DNA of 59,022 nt, the filler included, from Ionaspis alba (lineage: Eukaryota): assembly GCA_964255285.1 (NCBI GenBank). It is 7 parts of 7 records of this genome, joined end to end, with 100 filler letters (N's around TTAATTAATTAA, not from the genome) between each part and the next. Parts side by side here need not be neighbours in the genome. Positions count along the whole stretch, not along the records: positions 8,477 to 16,851 come from CAXUUL010000751.1; positions 16,952 to 25,311 come from CAXUUL010000752.1; 5 more parts are not named here. One strand, 5' to 3'. Of the stretch, positions 12,333 to 24,208 are shown in pieces. The notes beneath the pieces are model-generated. The model was not told where the DNA came from. It ran no database searches and saw only the letters and a list, made by a program, of their open reading frames with translations. Positions within the stretch are counted from its first letter, which is position 1. Every line of letters begins with the position of its first letter. Both the position numbers and the translations under genes were made by a program.

Positions 12333-12437
12333 TGTTCAGGTGATGATATAACAAACATAGAGTCAAGCACTGAGGTGCTCCGCTTGTCGGGGTGCCACTG
12401 AGCGACTACGTTTATGCGTTATGGTATCTGATGAACA
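12333..12437 (+). ncRNA. SNR66: Box C/D snoRNA, snR66 homolog (guide for LSU rRNA Um2417, yeast numbering)
   Basis: Terminal stem TGTTCA/TGAACA; C box GTGATGA 12340-12346; D' CTGA 12370-12373; D CTGA 12428-12431. Guide TAGAGTCAAGC (12358-12368) is complementary to LSU GCUUGACUCUA, and the D'+5 rule lands on the second U of GCUUGAC. Confidence 0.88.
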
Positions 12438-12438
12438 T

Positions 12439-12538
12439 NNNNNNNNNNNNNNNNNNNNNNNNNNNNNNNNNNNNNNNNNNNNNNNNNNNNNNNNNNNNNN
12501 NNNNNNNNNNNNNNNNNNNNNNNNNNNNNNNNNNNNNN
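12439..12538. other. Plain N100 scaffold gap (second example at 19024-19123); truncates the aconitase 3' end
   Basis: 100 N without the TTAA linker. Confidence 0.95.
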
Positions 12539-14949
12539 ATCGTGTGCTTGGTCTTGACCTCCACCACCTTACCGTTCCTCTTCTTGACTCTTAGCTTGAC
12601 CTCCCCGTTCCCGCCATTCTGCAGCATATCATACAACCCAACGGTGCTGACCTCATCGCAAGCATCAACCAAATCATAATCCTCCTTATTAGCAAAGGTC
12701 AGAGGAACGACACCCTGCTTCTTGAGATTGGTCTCATGAATCCGTGCAAAAGTCTTCGCAAGAATGATCCTGCCACCAAGATACCGAGGCTGTAAAGCAG
12801 CGTGCTCTCGTGCGCTTCCTTCGCCATAGTTGTCCTCCGCCACGACCAGCCACTCCTTGCCTTGGGCTTTCCATTTGCCTGCCAAGTCAGGAATGCTGCT
12901 TGTTGGAGATCCTGATTCAAAATGATCATAGGCCACATTCGTCTCCCCAGTGGCAGCGTTGACAGCGCCGATCAGTGTGTTGGCGCTGATGTTGGGTAGA
13001 TGACCTTTGTACTTGAGCCATGGTCCTGCTGCGGAAATGGTGTCGGTTGTGCACTGTCCTTTGACCTTGTACAGTACTCTTAATGCTTCGAGTTCACCTC
13101 TAGGGAATGGAGCAAAGGGTTCTAAGACAGCCAAGCGATCTGAGGTGGGAGAAACATTGACCGGAGCACTAGGATCTGGCACACCGGCAGTCGGCATGAA
13201 TGCAGGGTTGCCTTGTGCAAACCCAGCTGATGGTAGGTCCGAGCCATGGGGAGGAGAGAAGCGAAATTCGGAGCCATCTGATGTCGGAATGGTATCTGTG
13301 AGGGGATTGAAGGTCGTGCTGCCGGCATAAGCCATGGCTGTGACGATCTCAGGGGAGGCGAGGAAGTTCATGGTAGCTGGATTGCCGTCGTTACGGCCCT
13401 TGAAATTCCGATTGTAAGAAGAGAGGATAGCGTTACTGTCACCACGCGAGACACCATCGGTGCGTTTCCATTGCCCGATACATGGACCACAAGCATTGGC
13501 GAGGATAGTTCCACCAGCGGACGAGAACGTCTCTAAAGTAGAGTCTCGATCGAGCGTAGCTCTGATCTGCTCGCTACCTGGAGTAATAAAGAAATCTGCC
13601 ATAGGTTGGAGACCAGCAGCTGAAGCTTGTTTGACAAGGTCTTCCGCTCGTGTCATGTCCTGGTAGGAGCTATTTGTACAACTTCCGATCAGGCCAGCAC
13701 CGAATGTCTCTGGCCAGCCGTTGATTTCGACGGCTTTCTTGAATTGTGATAATGGTGTGGAGAGGTCGGGTGTGAAGGGCCCGTTGATATGTGGCTCAAG
13801 ACCGGAGAGATCAATCGTGATATGCTGGTCATAATCTGCGCCTTGATCCGCGCCTAGGAGATTCTGGGCTGGAGTACCTCCAGCAATCCTAGTTGCTTCT
13901 CGTGCTATCGGACCTCGGTGTGTCGATTCGAGGTATTGGCTCATGCTAGGTGTAAAGGGGAAGATGGATGTCGTGGCTCCAACTTCGGCGCCCATGTTGC
14001 AGATCGTGGCCATACCAGTGCAGCTGAGCGTCTCGACTCCTTTGCCAAAATACTCGATGACATATCCAGTACCACCTCGAACGGTCAAGAGACCTGCCAG
14101 TCTCAGGATGACATCTTTAGGAGAAGTCCAACCACTCAATTGTCCTGTCAACTCCACTCCTAGAACTTTTGGTGCTTTGAGTTCCCAAGGAGCATCCACA
14201 AGTGCATCGACAGCATCAGCACCCCCAACGCCAATAGCGATAGCACCCAATCCTCCGCCATTAGGCGTGTGACTATCCGTCCCAAGCATCATCAGCCCTG
14301 GCGCTGCGTAGTTCTCTAGCACTGTCTGATGTATAATGCCAGCACCAGGAGGCCAGAACTCGATTCCATATTTCTTCGCGGCTGATTCGAGGAAGTCGAA
14401 GACTTCCTTATTCCCCTTGATCGAAGCTGGGAGATCGACATCTGCACCTCGCTCCCCAACTATCATATGATCGCAGTGTATGCTCGCCGGTACTGCTGTC
14501 GAAGGAAGCCCACAAGACATGAATTGTAGCAATGCCATCTGTGCCGACGCGTCTTGCATCGCAACCCGGTCAGGCTTGAGCTTGAGGTTGCCATTGCCTC
14601 GTATACTCTTTCCATTCTGTGTACCGGAGAGCAAGGACTCTTCAGGATTGTCGAGATGGGAGTAGAGTATCTTCTCTGCGAGAGTCAGGGATCGAGACTG
14701 GCCAAGCAACTTCCGGACTTGGGCCAGGTTCTTGATTAATTTAGGATATGGCGGTGTTCTGCTGGCAAGGTCGGAGTGGACTGGAGTACTAGACTTTGCT
14801 TCCGTGGCCAGACATCGCCGAGCTGTCTTGCGAGTCGTCTGGCCGAAACTTCTCTGTAGAACTGTCAGCCATTGTTCAGCTAAGATCTGTCAAATTTGTC
14901 ATACATGCAGCCCACCAGTTCCACTGCATCGCATCGTCACCAACCGCAT
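12539..14949 (-). CDS. ACO2: Mitochondrial aconitase paralog Aco2/AcoB type (homocitrate dehydratase-like); C-terminus lost in gap
   Basis: Arg-rich mitochondrial leader across an intron (~14856-14904); DRVAMQDASAQMALLQF, SIHCDH, TDSHTPN, Fe-S cysteines in IGSCTN and ACGPCIG, NYGEGSAREHAA. The DASAQMALLQF variant favours Aco2 over Aco1. Confidence 0.88.
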
Positions 14950-15454
14950 TGTTGATAGCCCATAGCACAATGGCTAAAGATTAAGGTTGCAAATGTTAAG
15001 AGTGTTTCATTGTTGGGAAGTTTTCTAGCATTGATTACCTTTTTTACGAGCTACGCCACTACGTGTCCACTGTGTTGGATATTCAAAGATCACGTTTTTG
15101 TATCTGTTCATAAGAACATAAGGACATTCGTTGAAAGGTATCTGCACAATACAAGGAGTTCTAAGATGTTCTTCTAATATGGTTCGTAAACCAGTGACGT
15201 CTCAAAAAAAGCTCGGATATATTTTTTGATAAATTCCGTAAAAACGAAGACCCAATGCGTGAAGTCTCACGCAACTATCCCCTAAATGCCGTTGATATGG
15301 CACTTAAAACACCAGTCTATTTGACGAAGAAAATGCTCGAAGACAGCTGTACGCTTTCACAACAGCAACGAGAACTAGCAGCCTGGGCAGGATGGCCAAA
15401 TGGTACAGGGTATGACAATAGTACGCCTAATGCCCAATCCCTTAGGAATTATAT

Positions 15455-16270
15455 CTATTGTAGTACCATCACGACGCCAACAGCTCCAAGAAGAACAACG
15501 GCGTACGAACCCGCGCCGGAGCTTGAGGCAGCGCCTGTAGAGATAGGTGCAGCAGAACCGGAAGTAGAGCTTGAGCCTGACTTGGGGGAGATTGGCGATC
15601 CTGTGGCAGCAGAGCCAGTACCCGAACCAGCACCAACGCCAGAGCCAGCACTTCCAGTCGCAAATCCAGATGCCACAAGAGCCGTGGTCATGCTTCAACA
15701 TTGTCAGTCTCGAATGCGCAGTCGCAGTGTATAATGCTTACCTGAAAGCGGAAGTTGTGGTGCAAGAGCACGAGGAGTCAAAGAACGTGGAGGTATAGAC
15801 GATCGTTGAGTTCATAGCGCTGACGGGGCCGGATGTCATCGTTGCTGAAGCTGAATCGCTCGTGCCGGTCGCCGTCCCAGTCGCACTAGCTGTTGATGAA
15901 CCCGATACTGACGGAGATGCTAAAAGTATCTTTCAGTAGAGCATCTTGGAATATGGAGCTAAGACTAAACGTACGAACTGTCTTCCCCGCTGCAGCGCAT
16001 GTGCTTGCAAAGGCCTTCAAGGCAGAATCGGAGTTCGAGCCACACATGCTCGATATCTGCCCTTGGACTTTTTGTACATTGCTACCACAGATCGTGTTCA
16101 GGTCGCTTGGGTCAGGCTGAGTGCTATTTGGGTGTAAGCCTCGAAGCATCTCAGGAGGTGTTTAGAACATACTTCAGAGCTCCTAGAAGACATCCGGGAG
16201 GACTTGCCACAGCCAGCTGAGCTGAAGCCGCAAAAAGGGCGAGAAAAAAGGTGGATTTGGCGGCGAACAT
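15455..16270 (-). CDS. GPI-anchored Ser/Thr-rich cell-wall protein with N-terminal Cys-containing (CFEM-like) domain, 4 exons
   Basis: Signal peptide MFAAKSTFFLALFAASAQLAVA, then PPGCLL...ICG...MCG...STC, a Ser/Thr/Gly-rich stalk and a hydrophobic C-terminal GPI signal YAVVLLGAVGVVMVLQ; three canonical introns. Confidence 0.8.
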
Positions 16271-17117
16271 ATTGAATGCTCGAAATCGTTGGTCTGGAAT
16301 TGTCGTTCGTGCAAAGGAATTTCCGGAGGAAGGAGAATTAAGAACGAAATGTACACGTGATCAAAAGTAGAAGCGATGCTAAAGAGCGACTGTGGTCAAT
16401 GGAAATCAAAGAATGAGAAAGAAAAGAGTGTGGTTGGTCGTGCTGGCCGTTTGTTTGCAGTTGTGTTAGGAGGAAGTTGCAACTGTGGTTTGGAAACCTC
16501 AGGGGAAACACAGACGCGCTAGTAGGAGCCAGTCTATAATTAGTGTAGCGGCCGTTTGATCACCCAATTATTCTGGAGTTAGCCTCTACAGGCCGAGCAT
16601 TATTGGCACAATGAATCCAAGAAGGCAGGGCTCTTTTAGGTACCGATACGCTATTGCAAGCCCCTATCTCACCGGGCAGAAGCCCCCTGGAATTCGATAC
16701 CTCGCTAACCGTGCTAATTCTGCTTGGCAACGATTCCTGTCCACGCGCCTCGCCAGTGATAGTATCAATCCTTCTGGGAATGTCCTCGATACTGTTAAAT
16801 CTAGACGGCGTTTGGAGGTTTATTAAAGGCATCCAAAGCAGCATTTGCTAANNNNNNNNNNNNNNNNNNNNNNNNNNNNNNNNNNNNNNNNNNNNTTAAT
16901 TAATTAANNNNNNNNNNNNNNNNNNNNNNNNNNNNNNNNNNNNNNNNNNNNCGCAAAACGCCTTTCAATCAAGCAGAAGAGTTGAATATCTAGACTGTTC
17001 TAACTCAGCTAGTAAGACGCATTCCTTCCCATTGATACCTACTTCATTGGCCCCTACGTCCCAAATGACCCGTGAACTCCGTGTGCCTGGCGTGAAAACA
17101 CCACTATGAACCTCTGT

Positions 17118-19019
17118 CTAACAGTCCCCATCCCAATTCTCCTTTACCCACCTTGCCAGCATGGTAGTAAAGTCCTCGCCACCCATGTACTCCTTGGTAT
17201 CATCCGACGTGTACTCCCCGCCCAGAAACTTCAATGCAAGCAAAACCCATGGTTGAATGAACTCCAAGAAAACCAGATCGACCTTATCCACCGGCTTCTC
17301 CCCGCCCTCAGACTCACTTAGCAAGGTCGGGATTGTGGTGTTGATGCGCGCTTCAATACAATTGGGCACCCGGTAGAAATCCACAGGTAAGTGTGGCGTG
17401 TCGTCGCCATCGTCGCCAGCATCGTCGTGTGTTGTGTAGCCCGGTGTGAGTTTGGGCTCTGGGCTAAGGGTCTTCTGTGGCCCTGGCTGGTACAAATTAT
17501 TGTTCCGTTCCCTCACGATATCTTTGTGGTAAGCCATTTGTTCAGGTGGAGCGAGCATCCAGCGTTGTAGCTCGGGCGCTCCCTGTTCAAGGATGGGTCC
17601 TTCATTGTTCAAGATTGATAGAAGTCGATCTGCAATCTTGTACGGGACATCTTGGATGTACCGAAACCCGGTCGCAAATGGTGACACAGTGAAGGTAGTG
17701 TCTTTTGTAAAGGGCCCCTTGAAGATGTCGAAACGGATAGCGCCAGTATTTGCAAGCACAATTCGCGCGTGATCACTGCGCTTGGTATCGTTCACGATGT
17801 TCGGTAAAACGCGCTCTCCAAGCCAGGTGAAAATGCTGTGGGGACTGGGATACGGGGCCCGGTTCGTCCACAGGTCTTGTGGCGCGCAGCCGAATTGGCT
17901 ATCGAGTTTAAGGGCTGTCCGAGCTTTGGATATGAGCTTAGAGACATTTCGGCCATGCGGCGTGGAAAAAGTGGTACTGTTCAAGGCGGTGTGGTGGTGG
18001 AACGAGAAAAGATTGTTGTCAATGTATCGGCGGGCAAATTTAGGTGAGGCTGTAGTCTTGACCACCTTTCCCTTTTTACCGGTCGACAGTCCCGTTATGG
18101 ACTGAAAGCCGATTGTCTCCATGTATCTCCCGCTTGCGAGAGCATAGGCCTTGGAATCGTACTTCTTATAGTCACGGATATGCAGATGGCCTCCAAAGAA
18201 TTGGATTGGAGTGTCCCATTGAACTTCTCGGATAGCTTTGAAAATCCTCAAATATTCCTCTGAGCGAGCTGTGACATGGCCTGCAACCAGAAACAAGTCC
18301 ACATCCCTGTCCCGAATAGCCTCCTGGAACCATGGTTCTTCGATAGTCTTTTCCACAGGCTGGACAATTGTATTATTCGAGTTTCCAGTAAAATCAAATA
18401 TGAAGCCAAACGCGATGATGCGAATGCCTTGATTCTTGGTCGTGAACTTTTTGTATCGTTGTGCCAAAGGCACTCTCTCCCCTTCCTTTGGCTCGAGGAT
18501 GTCGAGATTTGAGGCCAGATATTTTCCCTTGAAGTTCGGTACTGTCACTAAGTATTCATCCTCGGACGCATTCTTTTTGTAAAGCTCATGGTTTCCAGAG
18601 CATATGACATCGATATCCTGCTCTTTGAAGATATCTGCTGTGTATTTGCCTTTCGGGTCTGAGGCATCATACAATCCGTTGCCTTCTATTCTGTCACCAG
18701 TATCAATCACAAGCAAATCACTCCCATTCTTATCGGCCCTTTCTCGTAGATGCTTCGCGAAGGATATGTAGTCCCCCCAGTCTGCGCTGAAGGATGGTCT
18801 AGGACTCCGTCAGCAAGGTCGAGAAGTTCGAGGTCTGGGAAATCACTCTTGGAGGTGCCCAGCGTGCCAGCCGTGGGTGTCTGTAGTGTGAAGAAAGTTG
18901 AGTTGACCCCACGGTAGATCTCGGAGTGGTGCAGATATTGGAGACGGCGCTGATGGTTGAGCTGCTTGTACTGCAGCCTTGAGAATCAACAATACAGGTA
19001 TGACCGACCGGATTATCAT
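17118..19019 (-). CDS. Secreted/vacuolar calcineurin-like metallophosphoesterase (5'-nucleotidase-like, YHR202W family)
   Basis: Signal peptide; [33 protein letters not shown] metal-binding motifs; one intron ~18799-18846. Confidence 0.88.
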
Positions 19020-19147
19020 AACGNNNNNNNNNNNNNNNNNNNNNNNNNNNNNNNNNNNNNNNNNNNNNNNNNNNNNNNNNNNNNNNNNNNNNNNNNNNNN
19101 NNNNNNNNNNNNNNNNNNNNNNNCAGTAGTCGCAGTCGCATACGCAT

Positions 19148-20680
19148 ATGTTGCGATTATGGCAGGCTCAAGAATTCCTGGGAAAGCAAGCCTATTACAA
19201 AGGCCTCAATGCCTTCATCTCTCACGGTCAAGCCGCGGAATCACTTGAGAGATCCCTACTAGATGCAGCAAGCCGACGATCTACAGGTTGGCATTGTCAA
19301 GTTGGTGCAGTACGGGAATGCTGACCGGGCACAGGGCAATCGAAGTCAGAAGTTGATGGACAATTGATCGCAATAAAAGACAACATATGTACCCTTCAAG
19401 CAAATACAACATGCGCGTCGAATATTCTCAATGGTTTCGCCAGCCCGTATTCCGCTACAGTGGTCGAGAAACTTCGAGCTGCGGGTGCCATTGTCGTGGG
19501 AAAGACAAATCTTGATGAGTTTGGTATGGGCTCATACTCAACTCATTCGGCATTTGGCCCAGTAGAGAACTTCAAAGGAGAAGCCAATCACCGTCTCGTT
19601 GCTGGTGGAAGTTCTGGTGGTAGTGCTGTAGCTGTCGGGACACAAACGTGCCTGGCCGCCTTGGGGACAGATACTGGTGGCTCAGTCAGACTACCGGCTT
19701 CATACACTGGAACCGTAGGATTCAAACCCTCGTACGGGCTGCTCTCTCGCCATGGTGTCATTGCTTACGCCAATTCGCTCGATACCGTAGGCATCATCGC
19801 CCAGGACATCAACATTGTGAAGAGACTCTTTGATGTTGTTAAGGGTTATGATAGCAAGGATCCCACGAGTCTATCTCCTGAAACCCTCGGCCGCATTGAA
19901 AATTGGAAAAGTGCTCACAAAAGATCTGGACCCTTGAGAATAGGCATTCCTTCCGAGTATAATATTGCGGAACTTGATGGAAACGTGAGGAAAGCATGGG
20001 AAACTGCAATAAATGCTTTGGGGATGCGCGGACACTCTATTCATCGGGTATCTCTGCCCGCTACAAGACTTGCACTATCTGCGTACTACATCATTGCACC
20101 AGCTGAGGCTGCCTCGAATCTTGCCAAATATGATGGGGTACGTTATGGTAATTCCGACGTACCAGGGAAAACGCCAGAGGGAGTACTCTTTGCATCTGCT
20201 CGGGGTCAAGGTTTCGGAGTCGAGGTCAGGCGTCGAATTCTCCTTGGTGCCTACAGTCTCAGCGCTTCAGCGATTGATAATTATTTTCTCAAGGCTCAGC
20301 GGGTCCGCCGATTGGTCCAGCAGGATTTCGAACGAGTCTTTTCGAGAGCCCACCCTTTGTTGAAAGTGGACAAGCAAACGGAAGAGTCAGGCGTGGATAT
20401 TTTGCTTACGCCGACTACGCCTACCATGCCCCCGAAGCTTGCCGATCTTACCGATCAAACCCCTGTCGATACATATCGCAACGACGTCTTCACCGTACCG
20501 GCGAGTCTCGCAGGTCTCCCTGCAATCACTGTTCCAATTCACCTCGTGAAGGAGGACCACACTTCAAGGGGAATAGCAGCCATGGACAGTATTGGTATTC
20601 AGCTGATTGCTCAATATGGCGATGACGATCTATTACTTGAAGTCGCGGAAACCCTTGAGAGCAGCCGCCCTCGAGACTGA
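19148..20680 (+). CDS. HER2: Mitochondrial glutamyl-tRNA(Gln) amidotransferase subunit A (amidase signature)
   Basis: [64 protein letters not shown]; one intron ~19287-19334. Confidence 0.9.
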
Positions 20681-21116
20681 GTAAAATGCAGCGGTCTGAT
20701 GCATGAATGGATGAAGATCGATGGTCAGTGGAGGGAGCACGCAGCTAATACACCTATAGATTAGTGTGTACGCAGAACCAGGGTCATTCTTAATCGAACC
20801 AAGGTCTTCAGTGGGTGCAATCAATATGATGGACTCAACACGCCAGGACTTGGCAATACCCTGAATTTTGATCTGAACCGTGTTCGCGTTCCATTTTGAC
20901 TTTTATACCCATAAATATCTTCGATTCCCCCTGAGATTTCAACATAATTTTTTCTTTGCCAAAATCTTGCATCTTGAAACCATCGCCATCTTGCAGCTTG
21001 CACCTGTTCATCATTCTAATTATTTGGTGGCAAACCACGAGCCTACTTCCACACCTAGACGTTCCAACTCAGAGCCTGCCTCCTAGTCAAACGATACTCT
21101 GATTTTCTAGACTACG

Positions 21117-22061
21117 ATGTCTTCCTCACCCTCATTCCTGTGTCTTCCCTCGGAGGTTCGCTGCATGATCTACCGCAACCTCTTCCATGCGCACTTACAT
21201 GTTGTGAACATCAACGGAACGGAACGGCAATCCTTCAACACTGCCCTCCTTCGCACTTGTCAACAGATCCACATGGAAGCAACAGCGATCTTCTATGGGG
21301 AAAACAAATTTATGTTTGTCATAGATAGCGACCGCGGCTTGAAATTCTATCCTGCATTCGCTCTCTGCGGGACCGTTTCCCACCGCAACTTTCTCCAGAT
21401 CCGTGACATATATCTCCAAATCTTCATCAGCATGCAAGGGGGATCTTGCATCTCGATCCAGCGCAACAACAAGGAGGTGGCGGCAATTGAGGAGACACTT
21501 GTTGTAGACGAGTACCCGGATCTGGTCAAGCGCTTCTGCGTCATGAGGAGGCAATCGACTAATACCGTGAAATGGGTTCTGGATCTGGATCATCCGGAGC
21601 TCCCGCTCGAGTTTATTGAGAGTCTTGATGTCAGTCTCACGAGATGGAAAGCGATCTGGGAATATCGATGTCAACCAAATGCTGCAATGTCGATCATGAA
21701 TTCTCGGTTACAGGCTGTGAGACGCTTGGTGAAGGAACTGGAGATGTCGAAGGGACTAAGGGAGTTGCAGATCATGATGGATGGTGAGATGATGTCTCTG
21801 GATAGATTTCCTAGGATGGACGCACTGGAGAAGCCGGCGGATTGGGTTGGGAGGCAGGTGCTCGAGTGCTTCCGCGTACCGCTAGGCTTGGTGGGCGTGT
21901 CTATTTCACTGCGATATGTTGACGAGGAGTATGTTCGTGGGATTATTAGGTGCTTGCTGTTGAAGAAATGTGTGGCTCCGGAGAATCAAGTGCCGAGGAA
22001 AATCTGGAGTTATCGAATTGGGAGTAATGGCATAAGGCCAATAGGCGTAGCTACGGAGTAG
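21117..22061 (+). CDS. Hypothetical protein with N-terminal F-box-like motif, intronless
   Basis: 314-aa ORF; SFLCLPSEVRCMIYRNL and LLRTCQQIHMEATAIFYGENKF are typical of fungal F-box-like families. Confidence 0.7.
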   Translation: MSSSPSFLCLPSEVRCMIYRNLFHAHLHVVNINGTERQSFNTALLRTCQQIHMEATAIFYGENKFMFVIDSDRGLKFYPAFALCGTVSHRNFLQIRDIYLQIFISMQGGSCISIQRNNKEVAAIEETLVVDEYPDLVKRFCVMRRQSTNTVKWVLDLDHPELPLEFIESLDVSLTRWKAIWEYRCQPNAAMSIMNSRLQAVRRLVKELEMSKGLRELQIMMDGEMMSLDRFPRMDALEKPADWVGRQVLECFRVPLGLVGVSISLRYVDEEYVRGIIRCLLLKKCVAPENQVPRKIWSYRIGSNGIRPIGVATE

Positions 22062-22794
22062 ATTAATCTTCCTCTGTCCGGTTGGGAAGACGGAAAAAAA
22101 GACGATCAGATTTTTTTCTTATGACTAGATTGGCATGGGAAACCAGTCCAAAATGAAATCTACCGGGTACCGGCCTGCAGGCTCCATTTTCATAACCTCG
22201 TGATGGTTTCCATAATTCGTCGAACGGGTTCGTAATACTTGATCATAAATATCTGGAACTCATACTGGAAACGTGTACGGTTCCAAGCTCCTGAAACACA
22301 AGATCTTGACTGGCTTTGAGAGTGCTTCGACACAGGCAAGGCGGTGGACAAAAAATTGACGCACACAAGTATTCACATAGGGGGAGGTCTCCGAGTCTCA
22401 AAGTTTTAGCAGGATGGACTCCCAAAAGCAGCTCCTAAAGATAGACTTACAGTTCTGATGCGGCCCCCATTTTTTGACAGACTCTCGATTAAATCATAGA
22501 CTGACTGCCCGATGATCCCTGCGATTCATTGCCCTAGGCGCCCAATCCGTTTAGCGGAAGGTGTCAACACAGCTGTAAAAACAGACGCCAGAAAAGCGAC
22601 CTCATACCACTTCTAACAACACCACCACGATCACAGCACCAATAATTATCGGACTTTCTCTTAGGTAGCCATCTCAACAGACTCTTTACCATTGCACTCT
22701 GAATTACACTGCTACTTAGCAGAACAGAACGTCTTGATCCTTTTCTCAAGTTCTGAAAGAGTTTCATCCACAACTGCACATTGAACAGTAGAAG

Positions 22795-23796
22795 ATGATT
22801 CTTACTGAACTGCCAACCGAAATCCTCTCTGAAATTCCTCGCCATCTCCCAACCCTTTGGGATCACTTCTGCTTCCTTCGAACCTGTCGTCTCTTCCATC
22901 ACATCTCCAAGACACCAGCCGGCAATCCTGCTCTATCTCCTTCCTTTCCCGAAATCAATGGACGACATCTGTTTTCACCACATCCACATTTCCTACTGGC
23001 GGGTACTGCGCGTCCACTTGCTGACTGGGCTATTCAGGAAGCCTCCAATCGTGAACGACTCCGTAACGCCCTCGTAGGTGGCCCCGAACTTCTTTTGCAA
23101 TTAGTGGAAAAGGTCGTTCGTGTCTGCCTTGACGACATCCGGGTCCTACACAGCAAAAAAGCAAGCCTAGTGGATCCGCTAGCTCGACTCATTGATCTGG
23201 ATTGTGGACCTAGAACCGATCATGGGAGAAGCGTAGTGGACAGTCTTGGGTTCGATCCTAATAATGGGCGTCGATTGGTGTGCAACAAGCTGGATAAACT
23301 GTTGTTGATCCACTGGATTCGTGGAGAACTGTTCCACCACGATATCGATCCCTATCTAGTGGATCACCAGTACAAGGGAGGAGGGGCTATGCTGGGTAAG
23401 GCAGTCCAAAAAAGTTTCAGCGACTACTGCACGTTATACCTGGGATCAGATGCGTTCGGGCCTGTATTTGGGAAACATGTTGCTCGTACTTTTGACAAAC
23501 GGTGGAGGAATTTATTGCAATTCTCGCGCAATGGATGTTGGGAGGAAGATGAGGAGGTGAGTACCCTGAACACATGGCATTTGGACGAGAGCGAAAGACT
23601 TTTCATTGCCGTGGCGCGTAGCCTAGGTGAGGATTCTCTGGCGATGCTATTGCCGGGCGGGATGGAGAGATGCAAGAAGCGGCTGGAAGTAGCGAAGGCA
23701 GGATTTGCGGCGATGGACGATCGTGTTTTAGACACAACACGGGACTGGTTGTCCAGCTCTACATTTGCAAGAGGGCCACCCTGGATTGACAGATAG
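22795..23796 (+). CDS. F-box-like protein, intronless
   Basis: 333-aa ORF starting LTELPTEILSEIPRHLP...FLRTCRLFH. Confidence 0.72.
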   Translation: MILTELPTEILSEIPRHLPTLWDHFCFLRTCRLFHHISKTPAGNPALSPSFPEINGRHLFSPHPHFLLAGTARPLADWAIQEASNRERLRNALVGGPELLLQLVEKVVRVCLDDIRVLHSKKASLVDPLARLIDLDCGPRTDHGRSVVDSLGFDPNNGRRLVCNKLDKLLLIHWIRGELFHHDIDPYLVDHQYKGGGAMLGKAVQKSFSDYCTLYLGSDAFGPVFGKHVARTFDKRWRNLLQFSRNGCWEEDEEVSTLNTWHLDESERLFIAVARSLGEDSLAMLLPGGMERCKKRLEVAKAGFAAMDDRVLDTTRDWLSSSTFARGPPWIDR

Positions 23797-24208
23797 ACAG
23801 TTGCTTGTTGAAAGCCAGATAGGCTATTACCGCCTCTTGTCTGCACCTTTCGAACAAGATCTCTTGATCTGCGGTCGATGGAAGTGTTGTCTCTATGATA
23901 CGCTCTTGTCTGTTCGTAGAAAGAGCATTTATCCAACTCGGACAGCAAGCATGTATGCAATGACAACTACGATGAACTTTCTCATTTAATCAAATATTGA
24001 GGGAACTCAGCGAGTAGGGAGGCACAAGTCTTGACGTGTCACCAATCTACGAGCCGTTTCAGCTTTTCTGAACAGCCGTTCCGGGCGAACTTCTTCAAAC
24101 AGTTGGACAATATACAAATTTGGGTGGAGAATAGGAAGTGGAATACGATGATCAGGAAGATAACATCTTGGTATAGGCCTTGACGAAACCTCAGCTAAGA
24201 CATCTTCC

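Noticed and set aside
12412..12438. C-terminal MFIRYHNA of the 765-aa aconitase ORF
   Set aside because: Artefact of reading through Ns; these bases are the antisense of the snoRNA 3' end.
20825..20877. ATGATGG...CTGA...CTGA snoRNA-like string
   Set aside because: Imperfect C box, too short, no C' box, and only ~8 nt of possible rRNA complementarity.
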